64,000 nucleotides of DNA from a candidate division FCPU426 bacterium (GTDB lineage Bacteria > Oederibacteriota > Muellerivitia > Muellerivitales > Muellerivitaceae). The notes under the pieces were generated by a model. The model had not been told where the DNA came from and made no database searches. It saw only the letters and a program-made list of their open reading frames with translations. Positions within the stretch are counted from its first letter, which is position 1; each line of letters opens with the position of its first letter. The position numbers and the translations under genes are program-made. Where the stretch lies: NCBI GenBank assembly GCA_963771075.1, contig CAVYSE010000003.1, positions 192,001-256,000 on the forward strand, given 5' to 3'. This document shows, in pieces, positions 1 to 9,874 of the stretch.

Positions 1-159
1 CTTTGTTTCTCCCACGCATTCCTCAAAGCATCGCGAATTGCGGTAAACCATTCCCTTTCTATCTCATCCGGATTACGTTCCACGGTGTAATCCTGAAGCA
101 TCTCGTGAAAATGGCCTTCAAGAACGGCCCAATACAAAGAAATCGAAGGTAACTGTTTA
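1..159 (-). pseudogene. cas8e: C-terminal part of type I-E Cas8e (Cse1/CasA), separated from the rest of the gene by an IS; runs off the window edge
   Basis: Manual translation of the minus strand gives (I)KQLPSISLYWAVLEGHFHEMLQDYTVERNPDEIEREWFTAIRDALRNAWEKQ, typical of a Cas8e C-terminus. It joins in frame to ...DVKNF at 720 once 160-719 is removed. Confidence 0.85.
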
Positions 160-719
160 ATGAAGCTCTCCCCGGGCTAAAGCCCGGGGTTTCTGCCCTT
201 CGGCATACTCTGGTCACGCTGTTGCTCGCGGATATACTTACGAATCATTTCTTCTTGCACCGTCCCAATACTTTCCGCAAAGTAGCCGTCCGCCCAAAAA
301 CTATCACCCCACAAAAACTCTTCCAGTTCTGGAAACTCCCGCCTTATTTTGATACTCGTCCCACCTTTCAAAACTTGTACTACTTTTGCCACGCTCACCC
401 TTGGTTCAACTTGAATCAGCATATGGACATGGTCCCGTTGAATATTCAACTCACGAATTACCCACCGGTTGACGTGGGCTGCTTCACGAAATAGTTCGTC
501 TAAGCGAACAACCACTTTGCCCAGTAGAATTCGTTTCCTATACTTGGGTATCCAAACCAAGTGATACAACAGTCGGTGCTTGGTATGTGCTCCAGTCCAA
601 TAGTTTCCCATCACCAGAGCATGCCATAACCCCTGGCCTGCGGACCGACAAAATCAGTCGGCCCTCCGGGCAGCCATTCATCCCCAGGCTTAAAAGCCTG
701 GGGTTTTCTGGCAGTTTTG
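160..719 (-). mobile_element. IS200/IS605-family insertion sequence (tnpA only, 560 bp)
   Basis: Subterminal hairpins CCCCAGGCTTAAAAGCCTGGGG (682-703) and CCCCGGGCTAAAGCCCGGGG (170-189). On the minus strand the target TTTAT is at 724-720 and the right end is TTCAT at 164-160. Guide tetranucleotides AAAA and GAAA lie just 5' of the hairpins. No target duplication. Confidence 0.92.
177..614 (-). CDS. tnpA: IS200/IS605 family HUH (Y1) transposase TnpA
   Basis: YHLVWIPKYRK motif, HUH motif DHVHML, LKG..S, FW..GYF, catalytic Tyr in IRKYIREQ. Confidence 0.95.
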   Translation of the reverse strand: MMGNYWTGAHTKHRLLYHLVWIPKYRKRILLGKVVVRLDELFREAAHVNRWVIRELNIQRDHVHMLIQVEPRVSVAKVVQVLKGGTSIKIRREFPELEEFLWGDSFWADGYFAESIGTVQEEMIRKYIREQQRDQSMPKGRNPGL

Positions 720-1963
720 ATAAAATTTTTCACGTCTTCTTCCCTGACTTTTCGGTTGCCATGTGCCAGCGATGCTCGCGCAATAGAACAACAAGCACCC
801 CAAAGCGACCCTTGGGCATCCTCAGCTAGTTGTAGGTATCTTTGAATATCAGAACGGATGTAAACATTTCCTCTTAACGCCTCTGGCAAAGTGAATCGTT
901 CCATACGCCAGAATTCCAGGTTGGCGGATGGGGGCTCATTTTTAAGCCCAAGCACCAATACTGTTAATGGATATTTTCCGGACTTTTTGGTTTTGTAAAG
1001 TTGGATTGCATTCTCCATTACGAGCGGCGCTTTTTCACCTTCACCACCAGGTAGCAAAGAATAAAAACTCCTCCAAAAATCCTTCCTTTCAGAAAATTGA
1101 TTTGGAAGCCAACCTTTCTTGTCCGATTTTCGATAAACAACCATTGGATCCCATTGTCCGGATGGATTCTCAAAACCTTCGCCAGCTATAAATCTCACCT
1201 TTGATACACTTTGTGTTGTTTCGGGTTCCAACAACATAATTCTTGGTTGCCAAGTATATAAATCAGCAAAACCGTTGGCCGACCGCTTAGGCCGGGGACG
1301 GTTTTGAAAATATCGAATTTGTCTTTGGGGCCGCTCCCATTGCGGCAAGTCTTCCTCAATCACGCCTTTCTTTTGCCAAATCAAACAAAAGCAAAGAGTT
1401 TCACCGAGATTAATTCCTATTGGGATACACATAACAGCGTTTGGATTTGGGGATGTGTAATATCCACTTCCTCCACTTACTGAGAAACTCATTGTAGAAA
1501 TAATCCATTTGGCACATTCACTCGGTGAACGGCTACTGGGAAATTTTACGTCGGTATGATCAAAAAGGACTTTATTAGACCTCGAATTGAATTCGGCTGT
1601 TAATTTTGTCCATGGTTCGATTTCTTCTATTGAGATTTTAGGGTGTTGACCAAAAGGAAATTTTTCATCGAACAGAAAGAATCGATCTCTCCATTCTTTG
1701 AGATAGGACCGAATCTTTTTTTCTGGAAACCCTTCCTTGAAAAATGCTTTCGCTTGTTCTATGTCCGTCGGTCCCATCAGTGCGCGATAAAGCACCGCCA
1801 ATAAAAAACGGTGAAGGGCCGCCGTCACCGAAGGCGAAGGGTCTTCTATGACCGCAATTTCTTTGGCCCTTAACAAGGTTTCCTGGATTCCGAGTTCGTC
1901 GCGCTTACCATCCAAAAAGCGCACCGGAATCCAGGGTTCATCAATCAGATTAAATTGACTCAT
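611..1963 (-). CDS. cas8e: Type I-E CRISPR-associated Cas8e (Cse1/CasA), IS-truncated; true cas8e sequence is 720-1963 and the last ~35 codons read into the IS
   Basis: N-terminal FNLIDEPWIPV, LHRFLLAVLYRAL, FFLFD..PFGQ, DLYTWQPR; lies downstream of cas3. Confidence 0.92.
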   Translation of the reverse strand: MSQFNLIDEPWIPVRFLDGKRDELGIQETLLRAKEIAVIEDPSPSVTAALHRFLLAVLYRALMGPTDIEQAKAFFKEGFPEKKIRSYLKEWRDRFFLFDEKFPFGQHPKISIEEIEPWTKLTAEFNSRSNKVLFDHTDVKFPSSRSPSECAKWIISTMSFSVSGGSGYYTSPNPNAVMCIPIGINLGETLCFCLIWQKKGVIEEDLPQWERPQRQIRYFQNRPRPKRSANGFADLYTWQPRIMLLEPETTQSVSKVRFIAGEGFENPSGQWDPMVVYRKSDKKGWLPNQFSERKDFWRSFYSLLPGGEGEKAPLVMENAIQLYKTKKSGKYPLTVLVLGLKNEPPSANLEFWRMERFTLPEALRGNVYIRSDIQRYLQLAEDAQGSLWGACCSIARASLAHGNRKVREEDVKNFIKTARKPQAFKPGDEWLPGGPTDFVGPQARGYGMLW

Positions 1964-2835
1964 GAAACTCCCTCATTCTTTCCCCTTCTCCCCTTCGGCA
2001 ATCCCTTCACTTTCCCCAACTTTTTCTCGTTACCTTTCACCCGCCGCTCTAATTTCTTGACGTCCTCCTCCGGCGGCAAAGCTTCGGGTTGGATGCCCCT
2101 TTTCCCCAGCATTTCCCTGACACTCCGGTTGTTCTGGACATGCTCATCGGTTATGGGCGGCTCACCCCGCAAGTCCTTCTGCTTGACGTTGTGGTTGGTC
2201 ATTTCGGCGGCCAGGTTCTTGGCCGCCAAAGTCACCGTGGGTAGAAAGTCGGCGAGCGGGCGGTTGGAGGGTACGGCCAGCCGGTCTTTCATGTCCTGGG
2301 TGGCATGGCCCCCAAAAAGGGCGGCGTCACCCTTGGAACGGATGCGGCCAAACCCCTGGCCGTCCACGCCCCGCTCATAGATGTTCTTCGAAAGCTCCGT
2401 TTCGGACTCGCTCAGCTTCCTGCGGGCATCCAAGCGTTCGCGCAGATGAATGCGTTCCTCAAGTATTTCTTGTTTGCGAGTCTGGACCGCAAAATAAGCC
2501 TGGGCAAAGGCGATAGATGGTTTGCGCGGATCGCCATTCTGGGCGATCAGGTAACAGGCATAACGGGTGAGCATAATGTCGTCAATCTCACGTTTCGCGC
2601 CAGACCCGACCGGGACCATTTTGCTGACGTCAGCAAAATGGTCGGCCACATTTTGACCGGCCTTGGAACATGAGGTTTTAGCCTTTTCGACAACTTCAAG
2701 AAAATTACGCCATTGGACGTATCCCAGTTCATCCATTAAATCCCTGGCATACCAAAATTCCACATCGGCGTCAGGCAGGGTGTTCGCCATAGCGTCGAAT
2801 TTGCTTTTCAACCGGACAACCAGGCTTCTATCCAT
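1960..2835 (-). CDS. dinD: DNA damage-inducible protein D-like (BRO-N domain)
   Basis: EFWYARDLMDELGY..WRNF, DHFADVSKMV, LTRYACYLIAQNGDPRK, QAYFAVQTR, RSKGD.ALFGG, RPLADFLPT. Start placed at ATG 2835 (AGGAGAG RBS), overlapping the cas3 stop. Confidence 0.88.
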   Translation of the reverse strand: MDRSLVVRLKSKFDAMANTLPDADVEFWYARDLMDELGYVQWRNFLEVVEKAKTSCSKAGQNVADHFADVSKMVPVGSGAKREIDDIMLTRYACYLIAQNGDPRKPSIAFAQAYFAVQTRKQEILEERIHLRERLDARRKLSESETELSKNIYERGVDGQGFGRIRSKGDAALFGGHATQDMKDRLAVPSNRPLADFLPTVTLAAKNLAAEMTNHNVKQKDLRGEPPITDEHVQNNRSVREMLGKRGIQPEALPPEEDVKKLERRVKGNEKKLGKVKGLPKGRRGKNEGVS

Positions 2836-5503
2836 TAACTCTCTCCTTTGCTCCATAAACCAACCCCAATTCCCCATCCAACTGAACGGAGGTGTCTTCG
2901 ATCCATCGGTTGTTCTTATCCAAAACCAATGGGATGCAATTTCTTAGTAAAGACGATTTCTTCCACCCGTCCGGCACACCTTTTTCCCGCAGGCACTTTA
3001 AGACTATCGCCCGTGAAAGCGACATGGATCGACCCGTTAAAGCCTTTGCCTTGGCGGTATCGGGCTTTTCCCCGGGCTGAAAATCATCCGCAGGAAAAAC
3101 CGGGATCACTGTCACGGATGGTTTTCCCAGGCGGGTTTGGGCGACAAGGGTTGGGTGCAAACCCGGTTCATCCTCATCGGCCCTGATATAACGCGCCGGA
3201 TCATTCCAAGAGGCATCATCCGGAAAACCGATGAAAGCCTGATGCGCCTGGTTTCTGAGAGCGTAATCATTGCCCTCTCCCTTTTCCTCGGCCGCCAACA
3301 ACCTTTCTCCCAAATCCTCAACATCCGCCAGGCCGTCATAAACGTCCCTGACCAACTTATCAATCTCATCGGGTAGGCTTATTGAATTGCGTCCTTTCAG
3401 CAAGTTCCAAGTGCGAAGCAATAGATCCTCCCGATAAACCGCTTTCCACCAAAGCGGACCCGCGAAGGAAGGCGGCTTCTCGCCTCCAAGCCCGGTCACA
3501 TAAAGAAAAGGCTCAGAAACGGGCCTGTGTTCCCTGGAATGGCGCCAAAGGCGCCCGGCCCGTTGAAGGACAAGATCGATGGGGGCCAAATCCGTGACCA
3601 TAACGTCGAAATCCAGGTCAAGGCTTTGTTCAGCCACCTGGGTAGCGATGAGGAATTTGCGTCCCTCCCGGGTTGCGTTCTTCCCGAATAGTTCCAAGGC
3701 CGATTCCTCCCGTGCCTGCCGCCGGTCGGCGGGATAACGGGCATGGAACAAATAAATTTCGGTGCCATCCGGCAGGCGCTTGCCGACTCGTGCTCCGTTA
3801 CGCATCAAAGGTTCGCCATGTGGAAGGGCATGGTAAAAATCTTGGGACCGTTGGACCGTGTTGGCGAGAAACAATCCCCTTCCCTCTTTCGGCAGTCCTC
3901 TTTCCAGGCATTCCCTGACGGAAGCAATATCAGGGGCAACGCCGCGAACCGCGACATTCCTGCGGCGCGAGGGATCGTTTTCAAAGTGTCGTTGTTTCAT
4001 TGAACTTTGCTTGAAAATGGATAGACGTGGATATTCCGCTTCAATTTCAGGAAAATCCGCGCCGACTTGTTGCGCGAGTTTCCGCCGGAAAGCCGGTGGC
4101 AGGGTGGCGCTAAGCAGGATGACCGATGAACCCATGGCCAAAAGCCATTGGATCAGGTGTAAGAGAAGGGTGCCCGTGTAAGCATCGTAGGCGTGGATTT
4201 CATCGAAAACCACGACGCGGTTGGCCAACCCCCAAAGTCGCATGAAGTAATGCCATACGGGCAGGATGGTCATCAGCGCTTGGTCCACCGTACCCACGCC
4301 GTATTCCGAAAGAAGCGCAGTTTTCTTGTGGGTGAACCATTCCCCGGCCCGCACTGAACCATCCCCTTGTTGGTCATAAACTCGGGACAATCTGAGTTTT
4401 TCAAAAGCTTCGTTTTGCTTGGCCGATCCATGGACAAGCTGGAGGTCCAGGGTTCTTCCCGGATTCATGGAGTTCAGGAAATCCAACGTGCGAAGAAACA
4501 TGGCATTGCCGGTTGCCTTGGTCGGCAAGGCAATATAGAGGCCGCGATGCCCGATGGATCTTTGAAGCTCCAAATGGGCGTAAAACGCCGCTTCGGTCTT
4601 CCCCTCACCCATCGGGGCTTCCACCAACAACACGCAAGGTTCCTTGATCCCCTTGATTTCGTCCGCAACTGCTTCCTGTAAAGGTCTCGGGGCGAATCCT
4701 TGGATATATCCAAAAACATCTCCAAGCGGCCTTCTGGACGCGGCCAAGGGTTGCCGTGAAAACCAACCGATCGAATCCAATACGCCATCTGCCAGTTTTT
4801 TTCGGCTAATCCACCATTTTTCCAAGTCTTCGCAATCCTCCGGTGTCCCGAACTTGAAATGGTTTTCGTCCGATCCGATCCAATCGGTAAAGCTGGTCAA
4901 GCCGGAGAGCAACATGAAATCGGGTCCCGACAAATTGGTTTTGGTGGGTGTTTTTGAGGGTTTCAGGACGGAACATAAGGCCTCAAAAATTTCCCGGCGG
5001 GCTTCGGTCCAATCCGGGCCGCCCAAGGCATGGCGGTTACCCATCAAATTTTCCAAAGTATTCGGGCTTGCACGTAAGCCGTGGTGGCAACCGACGGCAT
5101 CCGCAGCCAAATCGGCTATGTCCTCGGACCAACCACGTTCTTGTAAAAACTCGGTCAAAGCAATTTGGCTTGCAAAGGCGTGATTGAACTTTGAATCCGG
5201 GATTCGTGGAGGGGTCAGTTTATTCTGTGAAAGCAAAGCATTGGCGCCATCCCACTTCGATTGGAAACCAGGGGTGGCCTTTCCCAAATCATGGCATGCA
5301 ATGAGAAGCAGTAGCCAAGGTTTGGCTACCTCCCATGGAAGGCCGGTTATTTCGGCCATACGCAGGCGTGTCGCTTCCGGTTCCCGCTGGAGAACGGCGT
5401 CGGCACATGAAGCCACGTCCAATAAATGCAGAATGAGGGGATGCCAGGAAGGGATGCCTTGGTCAGCCGTTTTGGCCCACAAATGAAAAAAACTCTTAGC
5501 CAT
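2828..5503 (-). CDS. cas3: CRISPR-associated helicase/nuclease Cas3 (HD + SF2 helicase)
   Basis: LWAK, HLLDV, HDLGK HD motifs; APMGEGKTE Walker A, DEIH, LSATLP, QRAGRLWRH. Confidence 0.97.
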   Translation of the reverse strand: MAKSFFHLWAKTADQGIPSWHPLILHLLDVASCADAVLQREPEATRLRMAEITGLPWEVAKPWLLLLIACHDLGKATPGFQSKWDGANALLSQNKLTPPRIPDSKFNHAFASQIALTEFLQERGWSEDIADLAADAVGCHHGLRASPNTLENLMGNRHALGGPDWTEARREIFEALCSVLKPSKTPTKTNLSGPDFMLLSGLTSFTDWIGSDENHFKFGTPEDCEDLEKWWISRKKLADGVLDSIGWFSRQPLAASRRPLGDVFGYIQGFAPRPLQEAVADEIKGIKEPCVLLVEAPMGEGKTEAAFYAHLELQRSIGHRGLYIALPTKATGNAMFLRTLDFLNSMNPGRTLDLQLVHGSAKQNEAFEKLRLSRVYDQQGDGSVRAGEWFTHKKTALLSEYGVGTVDQALMTILPVWHYFMRLWGLANRVVVFDEIHAYDAYTGTLLLHLIQWLLAMGSSVILLSATLPPAFRRKLAQQVGADFPEIEAEYPRLSIFKQSSMKQRHFENDPSRRRNVAVRGVAPDIASVRECLERGLPKEGRGLFLANTVQRSQDFYHALPHGEPLMRNGARVGKRLPDGTEIYLFHARYPADRRQAREESALELFGKNATREGRKFLIATQVAEQSLDLDFDVMVTDLAPIDLVLQRAGRLWRHSREHRPVSEPFLYVTGLGGEKPPSFAGPLWWKAVYREDLLLRTWNLLKGRNSISLPDEIDKLVRDVYDGLADVEDLGERLLAAEEKGEGNDYALRNQAHQAFIGFPDDASWNDPARYIRADEDEPGLHPTLVAQTRLGKPSVTVIPVFPADDFQPGEKPDTAKAKALTGRSMSLSRAIVLKCLREKGVPDGWKKSSLLRNCIPLVLDKNNRWIEDTSVQLDGELGLVYGAKERVNG

Positions 5504-5788
5504 AGTTTGAGACCCTTGAAATATTTTCAGAGTTGTCGGCGGCGGTTAAGCGGATCACATACAGGTCGAGCACGGGCATAAGGGCCTCGCACATAATTCG
5601 GAAGATGAAACACACTACGCCCGGGAGTGATTTTAGGAAAGGTTTTTTTCGCACTTAAAAGAGGGCAAATAGCAGGAGTTAGCGGCTTTTCGCTTGATGG
5701 AACAGATCACTATATTTCCCAGGCAGCTTCACCTGCCCCCGCTGCAAAAAATCCTTCTGACGTTATGGCGGGGAGCCCCATAGAAGTC

Positions 5789-6769
5789 TCACCGGTTCAC
5801 CGTGCTCATGTCCGCGTAGCGGGCGCCCGCCGTCACCCCCGGGGGGAAAACCTCATCCAGCAGGTTCAGGTCTTCCCGGGTCAGGGTCACCTGAAGGGCC
5901 CCCACGTTCTCTTCCAGCCTTTTGCGTTTTTTGGTTCCGGGAATGGGAATGATATCCTCGCCCCGGGCCATGACCCAGGCCAGGGCCAGCTGGGCGGGAG
6001 TGCAGTTTTTCTCCACCGCCATTTCCTCCACGTGCCTTACGAGTTGGAGGTTCTTGGCGAAGTTGTTCCCCTGGAACCGGGGATGCTTCAAGCGCCAATC
6101 ATCCTGCGGAAGGTCCTCCGGCTTTTGAAAGGCGCCGGTCAAAAACCCCCGGCCCAGGGGACTGTAGGCCACAAAGGCGATTCCCAGTTCCCGGGTGACC
6201 CGGAAGATTTCCTGCTCGGGATCGCGGGACCAGAGGGAATATTCGGTCTGGAGCGCGGAAATCGGATGAACCTGGTTCGCCCGGCGCAGGGTGTTCACCC
6301 CCGCCTCGGAAAGCCCCAGGAACCGGACCTTTCCCTCCTTCACCAGTTGGGCCATGGCCCCCACCGTTTCCTCAATGGGCGTTTGGGCGTCCACCCGGTG
6401 TTGGTAATACAAGTCGATCGAGTCCACCTGAAGCCTTTTCAGGGACGCCTCACAGCAGGCTTTCACGTATTCGGGCTTCCCGTTGACGCCCAGGAATTGG
6501 CCGTCCGGCGTCCGCATGTTGCCGAACTTGGTGGCCAGGAACACCTGGTTCCTCTTTCCCTTGAGGAACCGGCCCAGCAACTCCTCGTTCGTAAAGGGAC
6601 CGTACATGTCGGCGGTATCCAGGAAGTCGATCCCCAGGTCCAGGGCCCTTTCCAGGGTAGCGATCGATTCCGCCTCGTTGCGGCCCGAATAAAAATCGGA
6701 CATTCCCATGCAACCTAAACCTATTCGTGAAACGCTCGGACCCTTTTGGCCCAAGGATACTTTTTTCAT
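5789..6769 (-). CDS. Aldo/keto reductase
   Basis: [60 protein letters not shown]; start at ATG 6769 after a GGAGGG RBS. Confidence 0.95.
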   Translation of the reverse strand: MKKVSLGQKGPSVSRIGLGCMGMSDFYSGRNEAESIATLERALDLGIDFLDTADMYGPFTNEELLGRFLKGKRNQVFLATKFGNMRTPDGQFLGVNGKPEYVKACCEASLKRLQVDSIDLYYQHRVDAQTPIEETVGAMAQLVKEGKVRFLGLSEAGVNTLRRANQVHPISALQTEYSLWSRDPEQEIFRVTRELGIAFVAYSPLGRGFLTGAFQKPEDLPQDDWRLKHPRFQGNNFAKNLQLVRHVEEMAVEKNCTPAQLALAWVMARGEDIIPIPGTKKRKRLEENVGALQVTLTREDLNLLDEVFPPGVTAGARYADMSTVNR

Positions 6770-7004
6770 CTTTCCCTCCCAATATTGGTTTGGCCCAACC
6801 GCCATCTTACCCCGGCTCCGGACATGATAATCAAGGCAGATGAATCGGCGCCTTCGCCCCAAGGACATTTCATGTCAACGCCATGTTAAATCTTTGCGTT
6901 TTTTCCTTTTTCATAACAATTTTAACGACCCTCTCCCGTAACGCTTGATAAAATCCGGACGGTTGGCGGTCCATTTTGAAAATCCACGCACCCCGGAGCC
7001 TTTG

Positions 7005-8195
7005 TTGCGAATCGCCTATTTCACTGAAAGCCTCCCGCCTTTAACGGACGGGGTGGCGAGAACCTACACCCGGCTCGCCGAAACCTTGAACGAAGATGGA
7101 CATGATTTCCTGTTTATTTGTCCCATGACGCCGGCGGAAACCGAGCCCTGGCGGGGCCGGGTAATCCGGGTGCCCTCGGTTCCCTTTCCCCTCTATAAAT
7201 ATTACCGGGTGGGCCTGCCCAATCCATTCAAACTGGACCCGATTTTGGACCGTTTCCAACCCGACTTGATCCAGGTGGCCGCCCCCACTCCCCTTTGCCT
7301 TTACGGGCAAAATTACGCCAACCGCCGGAAAATTCCCACCATCGCCAGCTACCACACGCACTTCGTGGATTACTTTCCCTATTACGGTTACGGATGGGCC
7401 GTCGGCTTGGGATGGGATTGGATGCGCTGGTGTTACAACCGCAGCCGAAAGACCTTCGCCCCGACTCCCGGCGCCATCCAGGAGCTTACCCGGAGGGGTT
7501 TCCGAAATGTGGAAGCATGGCCCAGGGGCATCGACAGTTCCAAGTTCTCCCCCCAATTCCGCAGCCCGGCCCTGCGGCAAAAGCTGGGCCTCGGTCCTGA
7601 ACCTCTTCTTCTCTTCGTCGGACGGATGGTGGGGGAAAAAGACCTGCAAGACCTGGCCGACGCCTCCGTGATCCTGAAGTCGGAGGGATACCGGTTCCGC
7701 CTGGCGTTCGCGGGCGACGGGCCCTTCCGCGCCACCATGGAAAAACAGCTTCCCGGCGATTATTTCGGCGGATTCATCCAAGGCCCGCCCCTCGCCGAAC
7801 TTTACGCATCCAGCGACCTTTTCGTCTTCCCCTCCACGACCGAAACCTTCGGCAACGTCATCCTGGAAGCCTTCGCCTCCGGGCTCCCGGTGGTGGGGGT
7901 GAAAAAAGGCGGGGTCGCGGACCTGGTGGTGGACGGGAAGAACGGATACCTGGCCCGGCCGAAGGATCCGGCCGATTTCGCGGAAAAAATTAAAATCATC
8001 CTGGACAAACCCGCTCTTCAACAAACCCTGGCAGAGGGGGCCCTTCAAACCGCCGCGAATTTCGACTGGCTGGCCATTAACCGTAAACTGATCCAGGAAG
8101 GCGCTCGTTTGGTCCAAGAAAAGGCCCTGACCGGCTCATCCCCCAAGACCCTTCCCCTTTCCGGCGCCGAGGCGGCCAAATTGGCCGATAGTTAA
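7005..8195 (+). CDS. Glycosyltransferase family 4 (GT-B fold, mannosyltransferase-like)
   Basis: RIAYFTES.PP..DGV, YHTHF, FVGR...EK, FPSTTETFGNVILEAFASGLPVV; start approximate. Confidence 0.92.
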   Translation: MRIAYFTESLPPLTDGVARTYTRLAETLNEDGHDFLFICPMTPAETEPWRGRVIRVPSVPFPLYKYYRVGLPNPFKLDPILDRFQPDLIQVAAPTPLCLYGQNYANRRKIPTIASYHTHFVDYFPYYGYGWAVGLGWDWMRWCYNRSRKTFAPTPGAIQELTRRGFRNVEAWPRGIDSSKFSPQFRSPALRQKLGLGPEPLLLFVGRMVGEKDLQDLADASVILKSEGYRFRLAFAGDGPFRATMEKQLPGDYFGGFIQGPPLAELYASSDLFVFPSTTETFGNVILEAFASGLPVVGVKKGGVADLVVDGKNGYLARPKDPADFAEKIKIILDKPALQQTLAEGALQTAANFDWLAINRKLIQEGARLVQEKALTGSSPKTLPLSGAEAAKLADS

Positions 8196-8252
8196 TTTGG
8201 CTCTTTCCCGGATTTGTAGATAACCCTTATCGCCAAGGAAGATAGCCCCCCT

Positions 8253-8275
8253 TCCCCCCTCTTTCAGAGGGGGGA
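8253..8275. repeat. GC-rich palindrome (REP-like or terminator)
   Basis: TCCCCCCTCT-TTC-AGAGGGGGGA, perfect 10-bp stem downstream of the GT4 gene. Confidence 0.5.
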
Positions 8276-8416
8276 GAAAGCGGTTCGCCTTACTACCTTA
8301 TTGGCCACGCTTAAGCTCCCCAAGGTAATTCAGGGCAACTATCTGCAAATTCGTGAAAGAGCCGTTAATTTCACTGGAGATTCGCCCCCGGCCCCTTTCC
8401 CCGTTAAAATAACCCC

Positions 8417-9076
8417 GTGAAAAAAACCATCTTGATTCTTATTTTCCTGTTCCTGATCCCCCCGCTGGCCCTGCCCAAGGAGGAAAAGGAAATACCCGGC
8501 TTCGGCCTTCTGCTCAACGGGGGGGAAAGTGCCTCCAGCGGGTTCATCAACAGCTTCAATGCGGCCCCTGCCGGGGGGTTGGCCATGAGTTACGGTTTTA
8601 ATAACCGCTGGGACGGGCTTTGGAGCCTGGATTACTACACCATGCCCAACCAACCCTTGACCCTCTCCTTACCCTCGCCCTCCAATCCCGTTTCCCAGTC
8701 TTACATCCAACCCACGGATGACGTGGCCATCTCCGTCAACGCGAGGTATTACTGGAACGACAAATGGGACGATATCCACAAAAAATTTAATGTCGATCCC
8801 TACCTGACGGCGGGGTTGGGCCTGGACCTGGTGGTGGACCTCTATCCCCCCGATCCCAACAGCTTCTTTTGGAGCAAACCGTTCGACATCCTCTTGGGGG
8901 TAAACCTGGGGGCGGGCATCGACGTGCCCCTGACCAACGATTTTATTATTTATGGGGAGGGCCTGGACCACTTCATCTTTTGGCAGGGACTGACCCAGGA
9001 TTATGTGGGAAAGGTGGGCATCAAATTCATGCTCGACACGGAGCATGCCGATCCGTTCCGGGGAACGTTGCAGTAA
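8417..9076 (+). CDS. Exported outer-membrane beta-barrel-like protein
   Basis: Signal peptide; amphipathic strands PYLTAGLG, GVNLGAGIDV, VGKVGIKF. Confidence 0.6.
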   Translation: MKKTILILIFLFLIPPLALPKEEKEIPGFGLLLNGGESASSGFINSFNAAPAGGLAMSYGFNNRWDGLWSLDYYTMPNQPLTLSLPSPSNPVSQSYIQPTDDVAISVNARYYWNDKWDDIHKKFNVDPYLTAGLGLDLVVDLYPPDPNSFFWSKPFDILLGVNLGAGIDVPLTNDFIIYGEGLDHFIFWQGLTQDYVGKVGIKFMLDTEHADPFRGTLQ

Positions 9077-9094
9077 ATGATCCAGGAGGGATAT

Positions 9095-9538
9095 TTAATT
9101 GAGGCTCCCCGAATTCCGGGGTTTGTTTTCCGGTATGGGAAGTTTTGTGGCGTGGGGTTGGGCGTTCATCCTGTCTAACAAAAGCGGAACGCTCTTTTCG
9201 GCGGTTGGAAAATCCGGGTAATGGGCGATGAGCCTGCCGAAATCCAGGATCTCAAAAATATTCTCAACTTCGGCGCCCATGCCCACCAAGCCCAAGACCG
9301 CCTGCTGGTCCCGAAGGCGTCGATAGGCCGTCAGGAACAAACTCCAACCTGATGAGCTGATGTAATCCACCTCGGTCATGTCGAAGAGCACGGCTTTTCC
9401 CCGGCAGATGCCGTCCAACGCGTCCAACGCTTTTTCCATCGGAGTCATGGTTTGCAGGTTGAGGGTCCCGGCCAATTTGACGGTGATAAGTTTCTGATGA
9501 TTCGCCGAATGCACGATCATGGCTTCGATTTGTTCCAC
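9095..9538 (-). CDS. STAS domain anti-sigma factor antagonist
   Basis: VKLAGTL, FDMTEVDYISSSG, VENIFEILDF; GTG start with GGGAGG RBS. Confidence 0.85.
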   Translation of the reverse strand: MEQIEAMIVHSANHQKLITVKLAGTLNLQTMTPMEKALDALDGICRGKAVLFDMTEVDYISSSGWSLFLTAYRRLRDQQAVLGLVGMGAEVENIFEILDFGRLIAHYPDFPTAEKSVPLLLDRMNAQPHATKLPIPENKPRNSGSLN

Positions 9539-9874
9539 GGATTGCCTCCCCAGGCCCGCTTGTTCCCGAATGGAATATTCCGATGAGCCTACACGAATCA
9601 GGATGAAAAAGCGCCATCCTAAAAATGATTCAAGAGAAAAGAACCTTCCCCGCATCCGAAGACCCCGCACTTTTGTCACCCCACGACAAATTTGACTTCG
9701 TTGCGGCCTTACCTTTTCTTTTCAACCAGCCGAAACAATTCTTTCCGCGATTCGAAAGCGCTTTTTCAAGGCTTTCCCCTGGAACTCCCTTCATTTTTTA
9801 CACGTTTTCTTTTACTAAAAATCGACTAGAGTGATTTGTCTTTTCCAAGAAAATTTACAAAAAGGATGTATCCG

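Noticed and set aside
160..719. tnpB/IscB or group I intron (IStron) within the IS
   Set aside because: The element is only 560 bp and almost entirely tnpA, leaving no room.
1..5790. CRISPR array near the cas genes
   Set aside because: No regularly spaced ~29-bp direct repeats are seen, including 5504-5788. The operon continues off the left edge, where an array may lie.
5627..6718. 363-aa plus-strand ORF (similarly 7041-8117, 13204-14067, 14076-15164)
   Set aside because: Antisense shadows of well-supported genes.
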